A DNA stretch of 32,000 nt, from contig NC_000908.2 in NCBI RefSeq assembly GCF_000027325.1, forward strand, positions 480,001-512,000. Reading direction: 5' to 3'. This stretch comes from Mycoplasmoides genitalium G37. GTDB lineage: Bacteria > Bacillota_I > Bacilli_A > Mycoplasmatales > Mycoplasmoidaceae. Positions 1 to 9,838 of the stretch are shown here, piece after piece (the stretch's first letter is position 1; each line of letters starts with the position of its first letter). A model generated the notes under the pieces. That model had not been told where the DNA came from. It did no database searches and was given only the letters and a program-made list of their open reading frames with translations. Both the position numbers and the translations under genes were made by a program.

Positions 1-1
1 G

Positions 2-226
2 TGGTATCAGTATTTAAAAAAACACTCTAGTAAACTTTTTGTTATTACTGCAAGTAGTGATAAAAAACCAGTAATAGAGCCAACTATAAATGAATATAAA
101 GCTATTTTTGGAGAGTATTTATCTTCATTTCACCTAGATCTAAAAAATAATCAAAGTAATGATTTATTCCAGAAATTACTTGATCAGATCAAAATAAAAG
201 CTACCTCAAAAACTAGTTTGAGATAG
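2..226 (+). CDS. 3' end (74 codons) of a CDS entering from the left window edge; hypothetical protein
   Basis: Frame 2 is open from the window edge to TAG at 224-226 (...LLDQIKIKATSKTSLR*). The other two + frames hit stops within the first 30 nt. No motif recognised. Confidence 0.6.
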   Translation, partial: WYQYLKKHSSKLFVITASSDKKPVIEPTINEYKAIFGEYLSSFHLDLKNNQSNDLFQKLLDQIKIKATSKTSLR

Positions 227-239
227 CTAAAAATATAAA

Positions 240-315
240 TGGCGCATCGGGAGGGATTTGAACCCACGACAACACGCTTAGAAGGCGTGTACTCTATCCA
301 CTGAGCTACCGACGC
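240..315 (-). tRNA. tRNA-Arg, anticodon UCU, 76 nt with encoded CCA
   Basis: The reverse complement folds as a cloverleaf: GCGTCGG-TA-GCTC-AGTGGATA-GAGT-A-CACGC-CTTCTAA-GCGTG-TTGTC-GTGGG-TTCAAAT-CCCTC-CCGATGC-G-CCA. It has a 7-bp acceptor stem, a T-loop TTCAAAT and an anticodon loop CU-UCU-AA. There is one U:U mismatch in the T stem. Confidence 0.93.
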
Positions 316-673
316 ATTTCTTTACTAGAAACTATCATATGAATCTTCAATAAGACTCTAATAAAAGTTTAGATGATTTTTAACTTTTTTATTGTATTCA
401 TGCAATAAAAATTAATTTAAATAAAAGAAATTTATTAAAAAATCCTTAAAGCACAAATATCAATAATTTCCTTTTCTATTGATTCTTAACTATTTTTAAA
501 AAAATAGTCAATTTATTTAGTCACAAAAACCTTAGTTAAAAATAAATTTAAGTTGCAATTGGATTGAACATATTATTTAAACTTTCTTTTAAATTAAGTG
601 TTTTAAAAGTTGATTTTTAATAAATTAATTAACAAAATAAGATAAATAGTTAAAAACTCAATAATAAACGCTT

Positions 674-679
674 TAAAAT
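674..679 (+). promoter_or_regulatory. candidate -10 box (TAAAAT) for udk, implying a very short leader
   Basis: TAAAAT lies 11 nt upstream of the udk ATG (691) at the end of a 375-bp non-coding stretch. The AT-rich background makes chance matches likely. Confidence 0.3.
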
Positions 680-690
680 ATTTCACTTTG

Positions 691-1332
691 ATGGATGAAA
701 AAGGGATTTTAGTTGCAATTAGTGGTGGTAGTTGCTCAGGAAAAACTACTGTTGCTGAAATGATTTATCAACTTTTAAGTAAAAAATTAAAAGTTGCGAT
801 CATCTGTCAAGATAACTATTACAAGTCCTATAAAAATAAGCCATTATTAAAAAGAAAAACAATAAACTTTGATCATCCTGATGCTTTTGATTGAAAACTT
901 TTAAGATCACACATTGAAGATCTTCTAAACGGTAGTATAGTTAATGTTCCTTTATATGACTACATTAACTATACCAGAGCTAAAAAAACAGCAAAAATTG
1001 GTCCAATTGATGTTGTTATTCTAGAGGGTTTAATGCCATGATTTGATGAAAAATTATCAAGACTTTCTAAGCTAAAAATATTTATAGAAACAAATGGGGA
1101 AGAACGTTTAATTAGAAGAATAGAAAGAGACTGACAAAGGGGAAGAAATATTGATTCTATTATTAAACAGTGACGCGAAATAGTAGCACCAATGTATGAA
1201 ATATTTGTAGAAAAAATGAAGCGAAATGCTGATTTAATTCTGCCTTGAAGTCAACGCAGAGAAGTAAGTACAAGTGTATTGGATGTCGCAATTGAACACT
1301 TATTTCACAAAACTGTTGAAAAAAATAATTAG
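691..1332 (+). CDS. udk: uridine kinase
   Basis: ATG at 691 (the track starts at TTG 688). P-loop ISGGSCSGKTT. The frame stays open through 5 TGA codons to TAG at 1330-1332, giving 213 aa (...DHPDAFDWKLLRSH...ERDWQRGRN...). Confidence 0.93.
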
Positions 1333-2075
1333 TTCTGGAAATTATAGAGATGTTTAAATTTCAAAGGTGAATTATGTTTATGCTCTGCTTTTGCTTTCAA
1401 ATCTAAAACAATTTTTTGCTTTTCTGAACTAAGTATTAAATCACCTTTTAAATATTGATCAAGTTCCTTATAAGTAATGCCCATCTCTGTCTCATCAGTT
1501 TGCCCTTCAAAAAGACTAGCAGTTGGCGCTCTTGTGATTACAATTTCAGGAATATTAAAATGCTTAGCTAATTTGTAAACGTCCTCTTTTAAAAGCCATG
1601 CTAAAGGAGCAATATCACAAGCTCCATCTCCTCATTTTGTGAAATAACCAAGTGTATACTCTACAAAATTACCAGTACCTAAAACTAAGAAGTTGTGTTT
1701 TTGAGCATAAGCATATAAAGTTATCATCCGTAAACGTGCTTTAATGTTACCAGCTGTTAAAAAATCTTTTTTTGGATCTATTCCAAGGGTTTTTACTAAC
1801 AGATTGAAACTCTCTTCCAGTTCAATGTTAATACTATTAAATTGCATTTTTTTAACAAGTTCACTAGTTGCTTGAAAATCAAGTTTTGAATTATTAATAT
1901 GCATTATTAAAGCTAAATGGTTTTCAAAACCAAAAGTTTCTTTAGCAATAGCAGCAACAACTGCTGAATCAATTCCTCCAGATAAGCCAAAAATAACACC
2001 TTTAGCTTTAGATTTTTTTACATAATCAAACAGCCAGTTTTGGAGTTCTTTTAAATATTTAATTAAATTAGTCAT
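1329..2075 (-). CDS. nadE: NH3-dependent NAD+ synthetase
   Basis: Track ORF 1632..2075 carries the PP-loop motif GLSGGIDS. It continues across a TGA (GYFTKWGDGACD...) to TAA at 1329-1331, giving 248 aa. Confidence 0.93.
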
Positions 2076-3369
2076 TAATTACAAATTCACAACCATCAAA
2101 GAAAATAATATCACCTTTTTTAGCACCAACGGATTTTAATTGATCTTCAATACCGATTTCTTTAATTTTATTTCCTAAGCGACGAATGTTATCAAGCGTA
2201 GTTTGTGGAATTTTATCAAATCAATATCTTAGACGTTTACAATTAACAATTCATCTGTTTAAACTATCTTTTTCAATATTTAAAGGGTCGTTATTATTTT
2301 CATTGGTATTTTGAAAAACATAATGCTTCTCAAGTTCCATTGGCAAACTAAACTTATTAGCTCCAAATTGGGAAATTGTTTTATTGTAAAGTTCAAAAAC
2401 TCTATCAAGTAAATTGCCTAATTCTTTCTTTAAAGCAGAAATTTTTAATACAGAAATAGATTTTTTTTGAAGAAATTTTTCTAATTTTTTAAACCGTTTC
2501 TCACCTTCATTAACATCAATTTTATTAGCTACAACAAGCATCTTTTTTTTAACTAGAAGGGGAGAATATTTTGAAAGTTCATCCATTATTTGTAAATATG
2601 CTTTGCAAGGATCATCATTATCTACAGGATCAAGTGAAATTAAATGAATTAATATTTCACACCTCTCTATATGCCGTAAAAAATCATGTCCTAACCCACT
2701 TCCTTCACTAGCATTTTCAATCAAACCAGGAATATCAGCAAAAACTAAACTATTATTTTGATATTTAACTACACCAAGTACGGGTATTAAAGTAGTAAAG
2801 CGATAGTTTGCAATTTTAGGTTTGGCATTTGAAAGTTTGGAGATTAGTGTTGATTTACCTGAATTTGGAAAACCAACAATTCCTACATTAGCTAAATATT
2901 TAACTTCCAAACTAACGTTTAAAATCTCTCCTTTATCACCATTTTCATATAGATTAGGAGCACGCATAATTGGGCTTTTAAAAGCAGCATTTCCTTTTCC
3001 GCCTTTTCCGCCAAAACACAAAATAAAACTCTGTTTATCATGAACAAAATCCACCAATACACTATTATTTTCTAAGTTTTTAACTGTTGTTCCTATTGGC
3101 ACTTTAATTAAAAGATCTGAACCATTTTTACCATGTGCTAAATCTGGTTTACCATTTTGTCCATCTTCTGCAAACAGGTGTTTTTTATTCTTCAAGAAAA
3201 AAAGTGAATCGCAGTTATGATCAGCTTGCAAAATAACATTACCACCATTACCACCATTACCACCACCAGGACCACCTTTATCATAATGTGCTTCTCTTTT
3301 TCATGCTATGATTCCATTACCACCATTTCCAGCAGTAAAGCGACACTCACAATAATCTGTAATAGCCAT
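2068..3369 (-). CDS. obg: GTPase Obg/CgtA
   Basis: ATG at 3367-3369. Gly-rich Obg fold (GGPGGGNGGNGGN). G1 GFPNSGKST, G3 DIPGLIE, G4 NKID. Joined across 3 TGA codons to TAA at 2068-2070, giving 433 aa. It overlaps the nadE start by 8 nt. Confidence 0.95.
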
Positions 3370-3986
3370 TATTTTGGTTTCTTTTTCTTTATTTTAAAAA
3401 CGATTTCTGCAGATTTTTTTCTTTCTAGATCACTTTGAATTTGTTGCAACTTTTGTCGATTTTTAGTTTTAGATTTACCTGTCTTTAAGAGATTTTCAGC
3501 AATTATTATTGCATATTTTGATCTGATTAAAAAAAAGTTAGTCATTTTATTCAAAAGAAAAAAACTTAGCATTAATGTTATTAGAACTAAAAAAAATCGA
3601 AGTAAGATAATTCAACTATTTCAAGCCATTGGTATTATTCCTGATAAAAAAAGAACTATTAAAGTAAAAGCAGTAGAATAGCAAAAAGGAATTAATTCCC
3701 AAATAATGTATTTAGTAAAAGCAAATAAAAAAAAGGCTAAAAAAAGATAAATTAGTAAAGGAACAAATAAAAATCACAACAAAACTAAGTCAAAAATGGG
3801 CTCTATTTCCTTACCCATAAATGTTCTGTTTTGTGCTGCAATTAAAAAATTAAAGCCTAGTAAATTGATTTCACCAAAAAGAATTCAAATCAAAAGATAA
3901 TAAATAAAAACTAAAAAGAAACTAAAACTTCCTATTAGTCAATTAGGGGTTTTAGTTTTTTTATTTGACTTGAAAAAATAATTCAA
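3369..3986 (-). CDS. polytopic membrane protein of unknown function (about 205 aa), Lys-rich C-terminal tail
   Basis: One frame is open from 3986 to TAA at 3369-3371 with 5 in-frame TGA codons. The track shows only the last 67 aa. There are about 5 hydrophobic helices ([22 protein letters not shown]..., [24 protein letters not shown]...). No ATG lies upstream of the first helices, so I take TTG 3984-3986, 2 nt after the glpQ-like stop, as the start. The stop overlaps the obg ATG (TAATG). Confidence 0.7.
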
Positions 3987-3988
3987 AA

Positions 3989-4699
3989 CTAATAAATTTG
4001 TGCAGTAATTTGAAATTTCACAAAGCGATCGTTTTCATAAAATTGATAACGAAGAAGACCCTTGATAACTCAAAGAATAACTGGTAATCCCAGGTTTTGA
4101 ATTTCTTTGCAGTTCTTATGATAAAAACTCTCGTTTGGCACTAAAAAACGGCAATATCTCATTAATTCGTCTCTAGAAGCTACTAATAAAGCTTTTTTGT
4201 TTGCAATTACAAAACCGGTTTTAAAGCCTTTGAAAGTCTCATTTATTAACTTAATGATATGAAAATTACTACTTAACAAAATCATTTTTTCTTTAGCTAA
4301 GACAAAATCTTTGCAAAGCAAATTCAACTGTTCTAATAATGAATTGTTATTTTCTTTATCATCTTTAATATGAATCAGCAAATATTTAAAGGGCTGAATA
4401 AATTGCGTTAAAACTTCCTTTAAAGTTTGAATTTGTTGTGAAGTTACCTTAAGCTTAAATTCACTTGCAAGGTTAACCTTTTTAAGATCAACTAAATTAA
4501 TTTGGTTTAAATTCAAGTTTTTATTAGAAACTTTAAAGTTTTCTTTATGAGTTACTACTATTTGTTTATCTTTGGTTAATTGAATATCAATTCAAATACC
4601 ATCAAAATCAAAAACTTGGGCTGCTTGAAATGCTAATTTGGTGTTTTCTGGTGCAATAGAACTATAACCGCGATAAGCTATTAAAAACTGTTTTCGCAT
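3989..4699 (-). CDS. glycerophosphodiester phosphodiesterase (GDPD) family protein, probably catalytically degenerate
   Basis: ATG at 4697-4699. N-terminus MRKQFLIAYRGYSSIAPENT...WIDIQLTKDKQIVVTHK is a GDPD signature with substitutions. Extends across TGA at 4070-4072 to TAG at 3989-3991, giving 236 aa. Confidence 0.85.
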
Positions 4700-4701
4700 T
4701 A

Positions 4702-7700
4702 CTATTTTTTATCATTACTGCCAAAAACATCCTTAGCATCATCTGCTGAAAATTGACTAAGTCATTCATCTGCGTCAATAGAGTCAATATCATAACCTTC
4801 AAGAGCAGGAATATCCTTAGTTATATCTTCATTTAAATTCTCAGTTTCCTCAGACTGGAATACTAATCAGTTACCTTCACTATCAAATTCCCCATCATAT
4901 CAGTTTCATTCATTGTCTTCATAGTAACCATATTCTTCATTTCCGATTAATTTCTCTCAAAACTTAGGTGCCTCGTTAATTCGTGGTTGACGATTCTTTC
5001 ATTGTTCATCAACAAGAACTCAGTCTCCAGATTCATCATAGAAACCATATCAAATCCACTCACCTTTATTGTTGTACCTACCATAAACTTCATCACCAAT
5101 AAGTGGTAAATAATCTCTTTCTCTAGCTCATTTAACAGTTGCATCCTTATTTCATTTTTGATCATCACCAAAGAATCCTGCTCAAACTCATTCTCCATCA
5201 GGTTCATAATGACCATAACTATTGTTACCAACTAATAATTCTCAATCAAGTGATTCTTCTTCACTAGCTTCTGGTTGAATTTCATCAGCTTGAGGTTCTT
5301 CCAATACTGTTTCAGGTTTTCGTTCTTCAAAGTTAGGTTGAACAACTACTTCAGGTTCACTAGAAACTTGAGGTTCTTGAATAGTTTCAACTGGTGAATC
5401 AAATTTAGCTTCTTGAGGAGTTTGTTCAGGTTGAACAGTATCAAAAGTAGCTTCTGGTTGAGATTCTACAGGTTGAATTTCTGGTTGAGTTTGAACTTCT
5501 TCAAGGAGAGGTTCAGGTTGTGAATCTTGAACCGATTCAACTGGTGAATCAAATTTAGCTTCTGCAGATGGTTCAAAAACTGCTTCTCCAGGTTGTTGTT
5601 CTACTTGAGGTTCAAATTGTGGCTCTGATGGTTTTGATTCAATTTCATAATTTGGTTCATCAAAGTCATAATTAGGTTCATCTACATCATATTGAGGTTC
5701 TGATGGTTGTAGATCTGAATCATAACTAGGTTGATCAAAATCATAGTTAGGTTCATCAAAGTCATAATTAGGTTCATCAAAACTAGCTTCTGATTCAACA
5801 TGTTGTTGAGTTGGTTCACTACTAAATTCAGGTTGTTCAACAGTTTCAACTGGTGAATCAAATTTAGCTTCTTGAGGAGTTTGTTCAGGTTGAACAGTAT
5901 CAAAGGTAGCTTCTGGTTGAGATTCTACAGGTTGAATTTCTGGTTGAGTTTGAACTTCTTCAAGGACAGGTTCAGGTTGTGAATCTTGAACCGATTCAAC
6001 TGGTGAATCAAATTTAGCTTCTGCAGATGGTTCAAAAACTGCTTCTCCAGGTTGTTGTTCTACTTGAGGTTCAGAAATAACTTTTTGTTGATTTTCAACA
6101 TCATCAAACTTAACTTCAGTAGTTTTTTCAGGTTGAACATCAAAAACTGCTTCAGGTTCTCCAACAGTATCAGTAGTTGTTTGATCAACTACTTCAGCTT
6201 CACTAGAAACTTGAGGTTCTTCCAATCCCTCAGTTTGAGTTTGATTTTTATCAAAAACTGCTTCATGTTTAACAGTATCAAAGCTAGCTTCAGTTATTAA
6301 TTGATCAACTGGTTCAGATTTAGGTTCCTCTTCTAATATTTTTTCAGTCTGTGTTTCTAATTGAGGTTTTTCAAAAACTGCTTCTGATTCAGCTTCAGAT
6401 ACATTATCAAAAGTAGCTTCAGATTTTAATTCTTCTGTTGATAATGGTTCAGAGGAGGTTTCCTGTTGAAGTTCTTTAGTTTCATCAAAAGTAATTTCAG
6501 CTTCTGTTTCTTTAGGTTGAACTTCATTATTTTCAACATTATCAAAGTTAGCTTCCTCTAGTTTTAAATCTTCTAACTTAGTTCCATCAAAGATTTGTTC
6601 AACTTCAGCAGTAACAATTTCTGGATGATTTTGATCTAATGCAGGTTCAGATGGTTGATCTTCAGAGCTAGGTTCTAATTGGGTTTCAATTGTTTCTGGT
6701 TCAAAAGCAGTAACTTCAGTAGGTGTAACAACTGTTTCTTCAGACTGATTTTCTAATTGTTGATGATCAAAAACTGCTTCAGTTTTTTCTTCTAATTTAA
6801 TTTCATCAGAGATTTGTTCAGCATGAAATTCAGCTTGCGATGATTCTTGGGGAATTTCGACTGGTGAATCAAATTTAGCTTCTTGAGGAGTTTGTTCAGG
6901 TTGAACATCTGGTTGAAAATGATCATCAAAAACAACTTCAGTAGTAGCTTCAGGCTGTAGTTCTTGAGTTTTAATTTCATCAAAAACTGCTTCTGGTTGA
7001 ACAGTATCAAAAGTAGCTTCAACTTGTGATGATTCTTGAGGAACTTCAACAGTTGAATCTAATTTAATTTCTTTGAAAGTAGGTTGGAGTTCTGAATCAG
7101 AACTCTCTTTTTCGTCTGGTTTTGAATCAAATAAAGCATTTGATTCAATGATTTCAGTTAAATCAAGCGGTAGAGGAGTGAATAAGTTATTTTCATCTTG
7201 ATGTTCAAATAATTTTGTTTCTTGTTCAACTGTGGGTACATTTGATTCAGAAGTCTCAACCTCTTGAGTTTGACTAATGAATTCAAGCGTATCTTTTTGT
7301 TCAGATGAAAATTCATTAGGAGTTTCAGCACTTTCAGTGAAACTGTCTTCAACTATTTGATATGTTGGTAATACGAACTCACTATCAGTTTCTAGTTGTG
7401 TTGTTGGTTGTTCTTGAACTTCTTTTTCAGAAACATCTAAATTAATAAATTCATTACCAATTTCTTCATGATTTAATTCAACAGATGTAGTTTTAGTTTC
7501 TAATGATTTATCAACATCATTTACAGAATCTAATTCAAGTGATAGGTCAGGTTGAATGAAAGGTGGTTCACTTTCTACAACTATTGTTGTTTTTTCATCA
7601 AATAATGATTTTGGTTCAGTTTCAAGGAAATCTACTTTATATTCCAATCCTTCTTGAGGTTTTGGATCATTATTAATAAAAGTTATTTCATCAACTAGTT

Positions 7701-9552
7701 CACTTTTGGGAAGTTCACTTGAAACCTTAACTTCTGTTTCTGTTGAAAAAGGAGCATTAACATCAACATATTCATTTGTTAAGAGTACCTCATTAACAAG
7801 TTTTTCACTAAATAAAGCAGTTAAATCAGTATTAACACTTTCATCACTGTTTGTTTCTTTTATCTTTTCATCTGAAACAACAGGTTCGCTAAATTCTTGT
7901 TGAAATTCATTAACAGAATAAGTAGGTTCAAATTGTTGTTCTGAAACTGTTTCATTTATTTGAGAATCAATATTATTAACAACTTCATCTCTAAAAAGGG
8001 ATTCATTAATGAAATCATTATTAGCATCTAAAATAATTTCATCTACTTGTGATTTTTCTTCTACACTTTTTTGTGTTTCATCAGTAAAAGAACCGAATTC
8101 TTTTCAAACTGAATCAATATCATCAGAAATATTAGATAAATCTGCTTTAGCACTATCTTTTATTTCTTTAGAATAATCTTGACTTAAATGTTCAACATGT
8201 TTAGCAATTTCATCATGTTGTTGGTCGTCTTTAATAATAGAATCTAAGCCTTTAAGATCATCTTCGTAAACAAAAACGGTCTCAACTTCTGGAACATTTC
8301 CTGCTTGAGTTTGATTGGAATCTAAGCCCTTAAGATCATCTTCGTAAACAAAAACAGTCTCAACTTCTGGAATAGTAGTTTCAGGTTCACAAGCTGCTTC
8401 AGGTTCAATTTCAACAGGAGCCTCAACTTCAGATTCAACCTTAACTTCCTCTTTAACGATTTCAATTAAAGGGATGGTTTCATTAGTTTCTTTAACTGGA
8501 TTTAAGAATTCAAATTTTTCTTTTTCAAAATGTAATTTAGTTACTGGATTACGGAAGATAACTTCATTTCTTCTTGGTTTAACTTCTTCAATTACCGGCT
8601 GCTCTTCACTTGAATTTTCAAGTAATAGTTCGTTTTCTAGAGAAGAAGCTAAGCTCTTGGTATTAAATACTGTAACAACAATGTCATTTTCCTGTTCTCA
8701 GTATGGTTGTTCAGAAATAGTCTTTTTCTCTATTTCATCAACTAAGCTATCAGTATGACCAAGTGCTTCTTCAGTAAAGCGAACAGGATCAGGGATCCAA
8801 TTTAGTTTCTTGTCAAAAAATCCTTTTCAGATCCATGTATTATTTTGAACAAAACCATAGTTAGGGTTGCCTACAAGTGGTCTTCAAAAATCAATATCAG
8901 CTGGTCTTTGTTTAATGAAAGCTGCATGTTCTTGAGGAACTTCAACTGTTTCAATTACCTTAAAGTAGTTTCATCTTTGTAATTGGTCAAAATAACCTAG
9001 TCAAACTCAAGTATGATTTTTTCAAAAACCATATTTTCTATCACCAACAAAGATATATCAGAACGCTTGTGAATCTTCTGGATTTAATTTTTTTTCTCTA
9101 ATAGTTGTTGTAAAACTATCTTTTTTTGTTTCTAGAACTTTGGTTTCTGGTTGATTGTTTAATTCAACCAACTTATTTTCATTAATGGTTGGATAACTGC
9201 TTGTTTGATTTGGAACTGTATTAACAACAGTTTTTTGATTAAGTTCTCTTCTACTTAAGATATCTGTTTCAGGTGGAACAATAAAAACACCGCGCTTGGT
9301 TTCATCAAAAAAATCTATAGGTGATTTGCTCTTTGATTTAACTGTTTCCTTTTTCTTACTATTAAAAGACTTTGTTTTCTTGAGAATGTTTTTTTTGATT
9401 TCACCTAAAAAAGGTTGATCAAAAAGATTTTCAACTTTATCTTGTTCTTTTTTTGGTTTAGTAACACTCTTCTTGTTAGCTGATTCTAAATACTTTTTGG
9501 TTTTTGATTTAGGGGTGGTGTTTTTGTTTTTATTCTTTGTTGTTTTTGGCAT
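4702..9552 (-). CDS. giant acidic, Pro/Glu/Gln-rich protein with EAGR-type boxes (P200-like terminal-organelle/gliding protein), 1616 aa
   Basis: A single frame is open from 9552 to TAG at 4702-4704 under code 4 (4851 nt). It joins track ORFs 9058..9552 and 5242..7647. The N-terminus is basic (MPKTTKNKNKNTTPKSKTKK). Trp/Gly/aromatic boxes occur at both ends and the core is acidic and repetitive. Length and features match my memory of MG386/P200. Confidence 0.9.
4855..5244 (-). other. three C-terminal EAGR-type boxes within the P200-like CDS
   Basis: Translation gives WELLVGNNSYGHYEPDGEWVWAGFFGDDQKW, LIGDEVYGRYNNKGEWIWYGFYDESGDWVLV and LIGNEEYGYYEDNEWNWYDGEFDSEGNWLVFQ. Confidence 0.7.
5383..5614. 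repeat. 232-bp direct repeat, copy 1 (inside the P200-like CDS)
   Basis: Aligns base-for-base with 5842..6073 at an offset of 459 nt (153 codons). I see 2 mismatches. Encodes ...EPQVEQQPGEAVFEPSAEAKFDSPVESVQDSQPEP.LEEVQTQPEIQPVESQPEATFDTVQPEQTPQEAKFDSPVET. Confidence 0.9.
5842..6073. repeat. 232-bp direct repeat, copy 2
   Basis: See copy 1. A third, 48-nt partial copy (actggtgaatcaaatttagcttcttgaggagtttgttcaggttgaaca) lies at 6860..6907. Confidence 0.9.
8240..8372. repeat. two 55-nt direct repeat copies at 78-nt (26-codon) period inside the P200-like CDS
   Basis: 8240..8294 and 8318..8372 (gaatctaagcc[t/c]ttaagatcatcttcgtaaacaaaaac[g/a]gtctcaacttctggaa) encode PEVETVFVYEDDLKGLDS twice. Confidence 0.85.
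8788..9060 (-). other. two N-proximal EAGR-type boxes within the P200-like CDS
   Basis: Translation gives WYIFVGDRKYGFWKNHTWVWLGYFDQLQRWNYF and FWRPLVGNPNYGFVQNNTWIWKGFFDKKLNWIPD. Many of the Trp residues are TGA-encoded. Confidence 0.7.
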
Positions 9553-9838
9553 TAATAAAAATACTTAGCACTAGTGACTAAAGTTATCTGACTCACTAAA
9601 TTGTAATTTTTAATATCAAGATAACAAAAGTTAGCTATATATGCTAAAAAATAAATAGATTTTAATTACTATTTATATTAATTTATTTAATGTAGATTTA
9701 ATAGTGTTTCAGCTTCTTTTTGCAAAAGAAAAATAGTTATAAAATCAAAAATTAATCACTTTAATTTCAAAAAAATTTGACAGCTAAAGCTTTACATTTT
9801 ATTAACAACAGAACAAATAATTTTTAGCTTTTAAAAAT

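Noticed and set aside
490-507. 18-nt palindrome ctatttttaaaaaaatag as a terminator or operator
   Set aside because: It is a pure A/T stem with essentially no loop, in a low-complexity A/T region. It is thermodynamically negligible and expected by chance.
2822-3438. + strand ORFs 2822..3043 and 3217..3438
   Set aside because: They are antisense to obg. The second is a translation of the Gly-codon-rich region read backwards (TTITTITTT), not a gene.
4947-5231. 94-aa minus-strand ORF at the 3' end of the giant gene
   Set aside because: The offset from the true stop (4702) is not a multiple of 3. The correct frame here encodes clean EAGR-type boxes, so this ORF is a shadow frame.
5383-6907. Repeated about 50-230-bp units that might suggest a CRISPR array or a mobile-element terminal repeat
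   Set aside because: The copies lie inside one continuous coding frame and are spaced by multiples of 3. They have no short palindromic repeat/spacer periodicity, and no cas, transposase or integrase genes are nearby. They are protein-coding repeats.
5682-7352. Minus-strand ORFs 5682..5903, 6792..7049 and 7158..7352, and + ORF 6052..6300, inside the giant gene
   Set aside because: They are out of frame with the 4702..9552 frame, or antisense to it. They translate to Leu/Asn/Lys low complexity generated by the repetitive GAA/CAA-rich coding strand. They are artefacts of repeat composition.
7706-8758. + strand ORFs 7706..7903 and 8474..8758
   Set aside because: They are antisense to the continuous P200-like frame and give Ser/Leu/Thr-rich low-complexity translations.
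9714-9730. Hairpin ttctttt-tgc-aaaagaa as the era terminator
   Set aside because: The 7-bp stem is almost all A:U with a 3-nt loop. It is not followed by a U-run on the minus-strand transcript. It is too weak to call.
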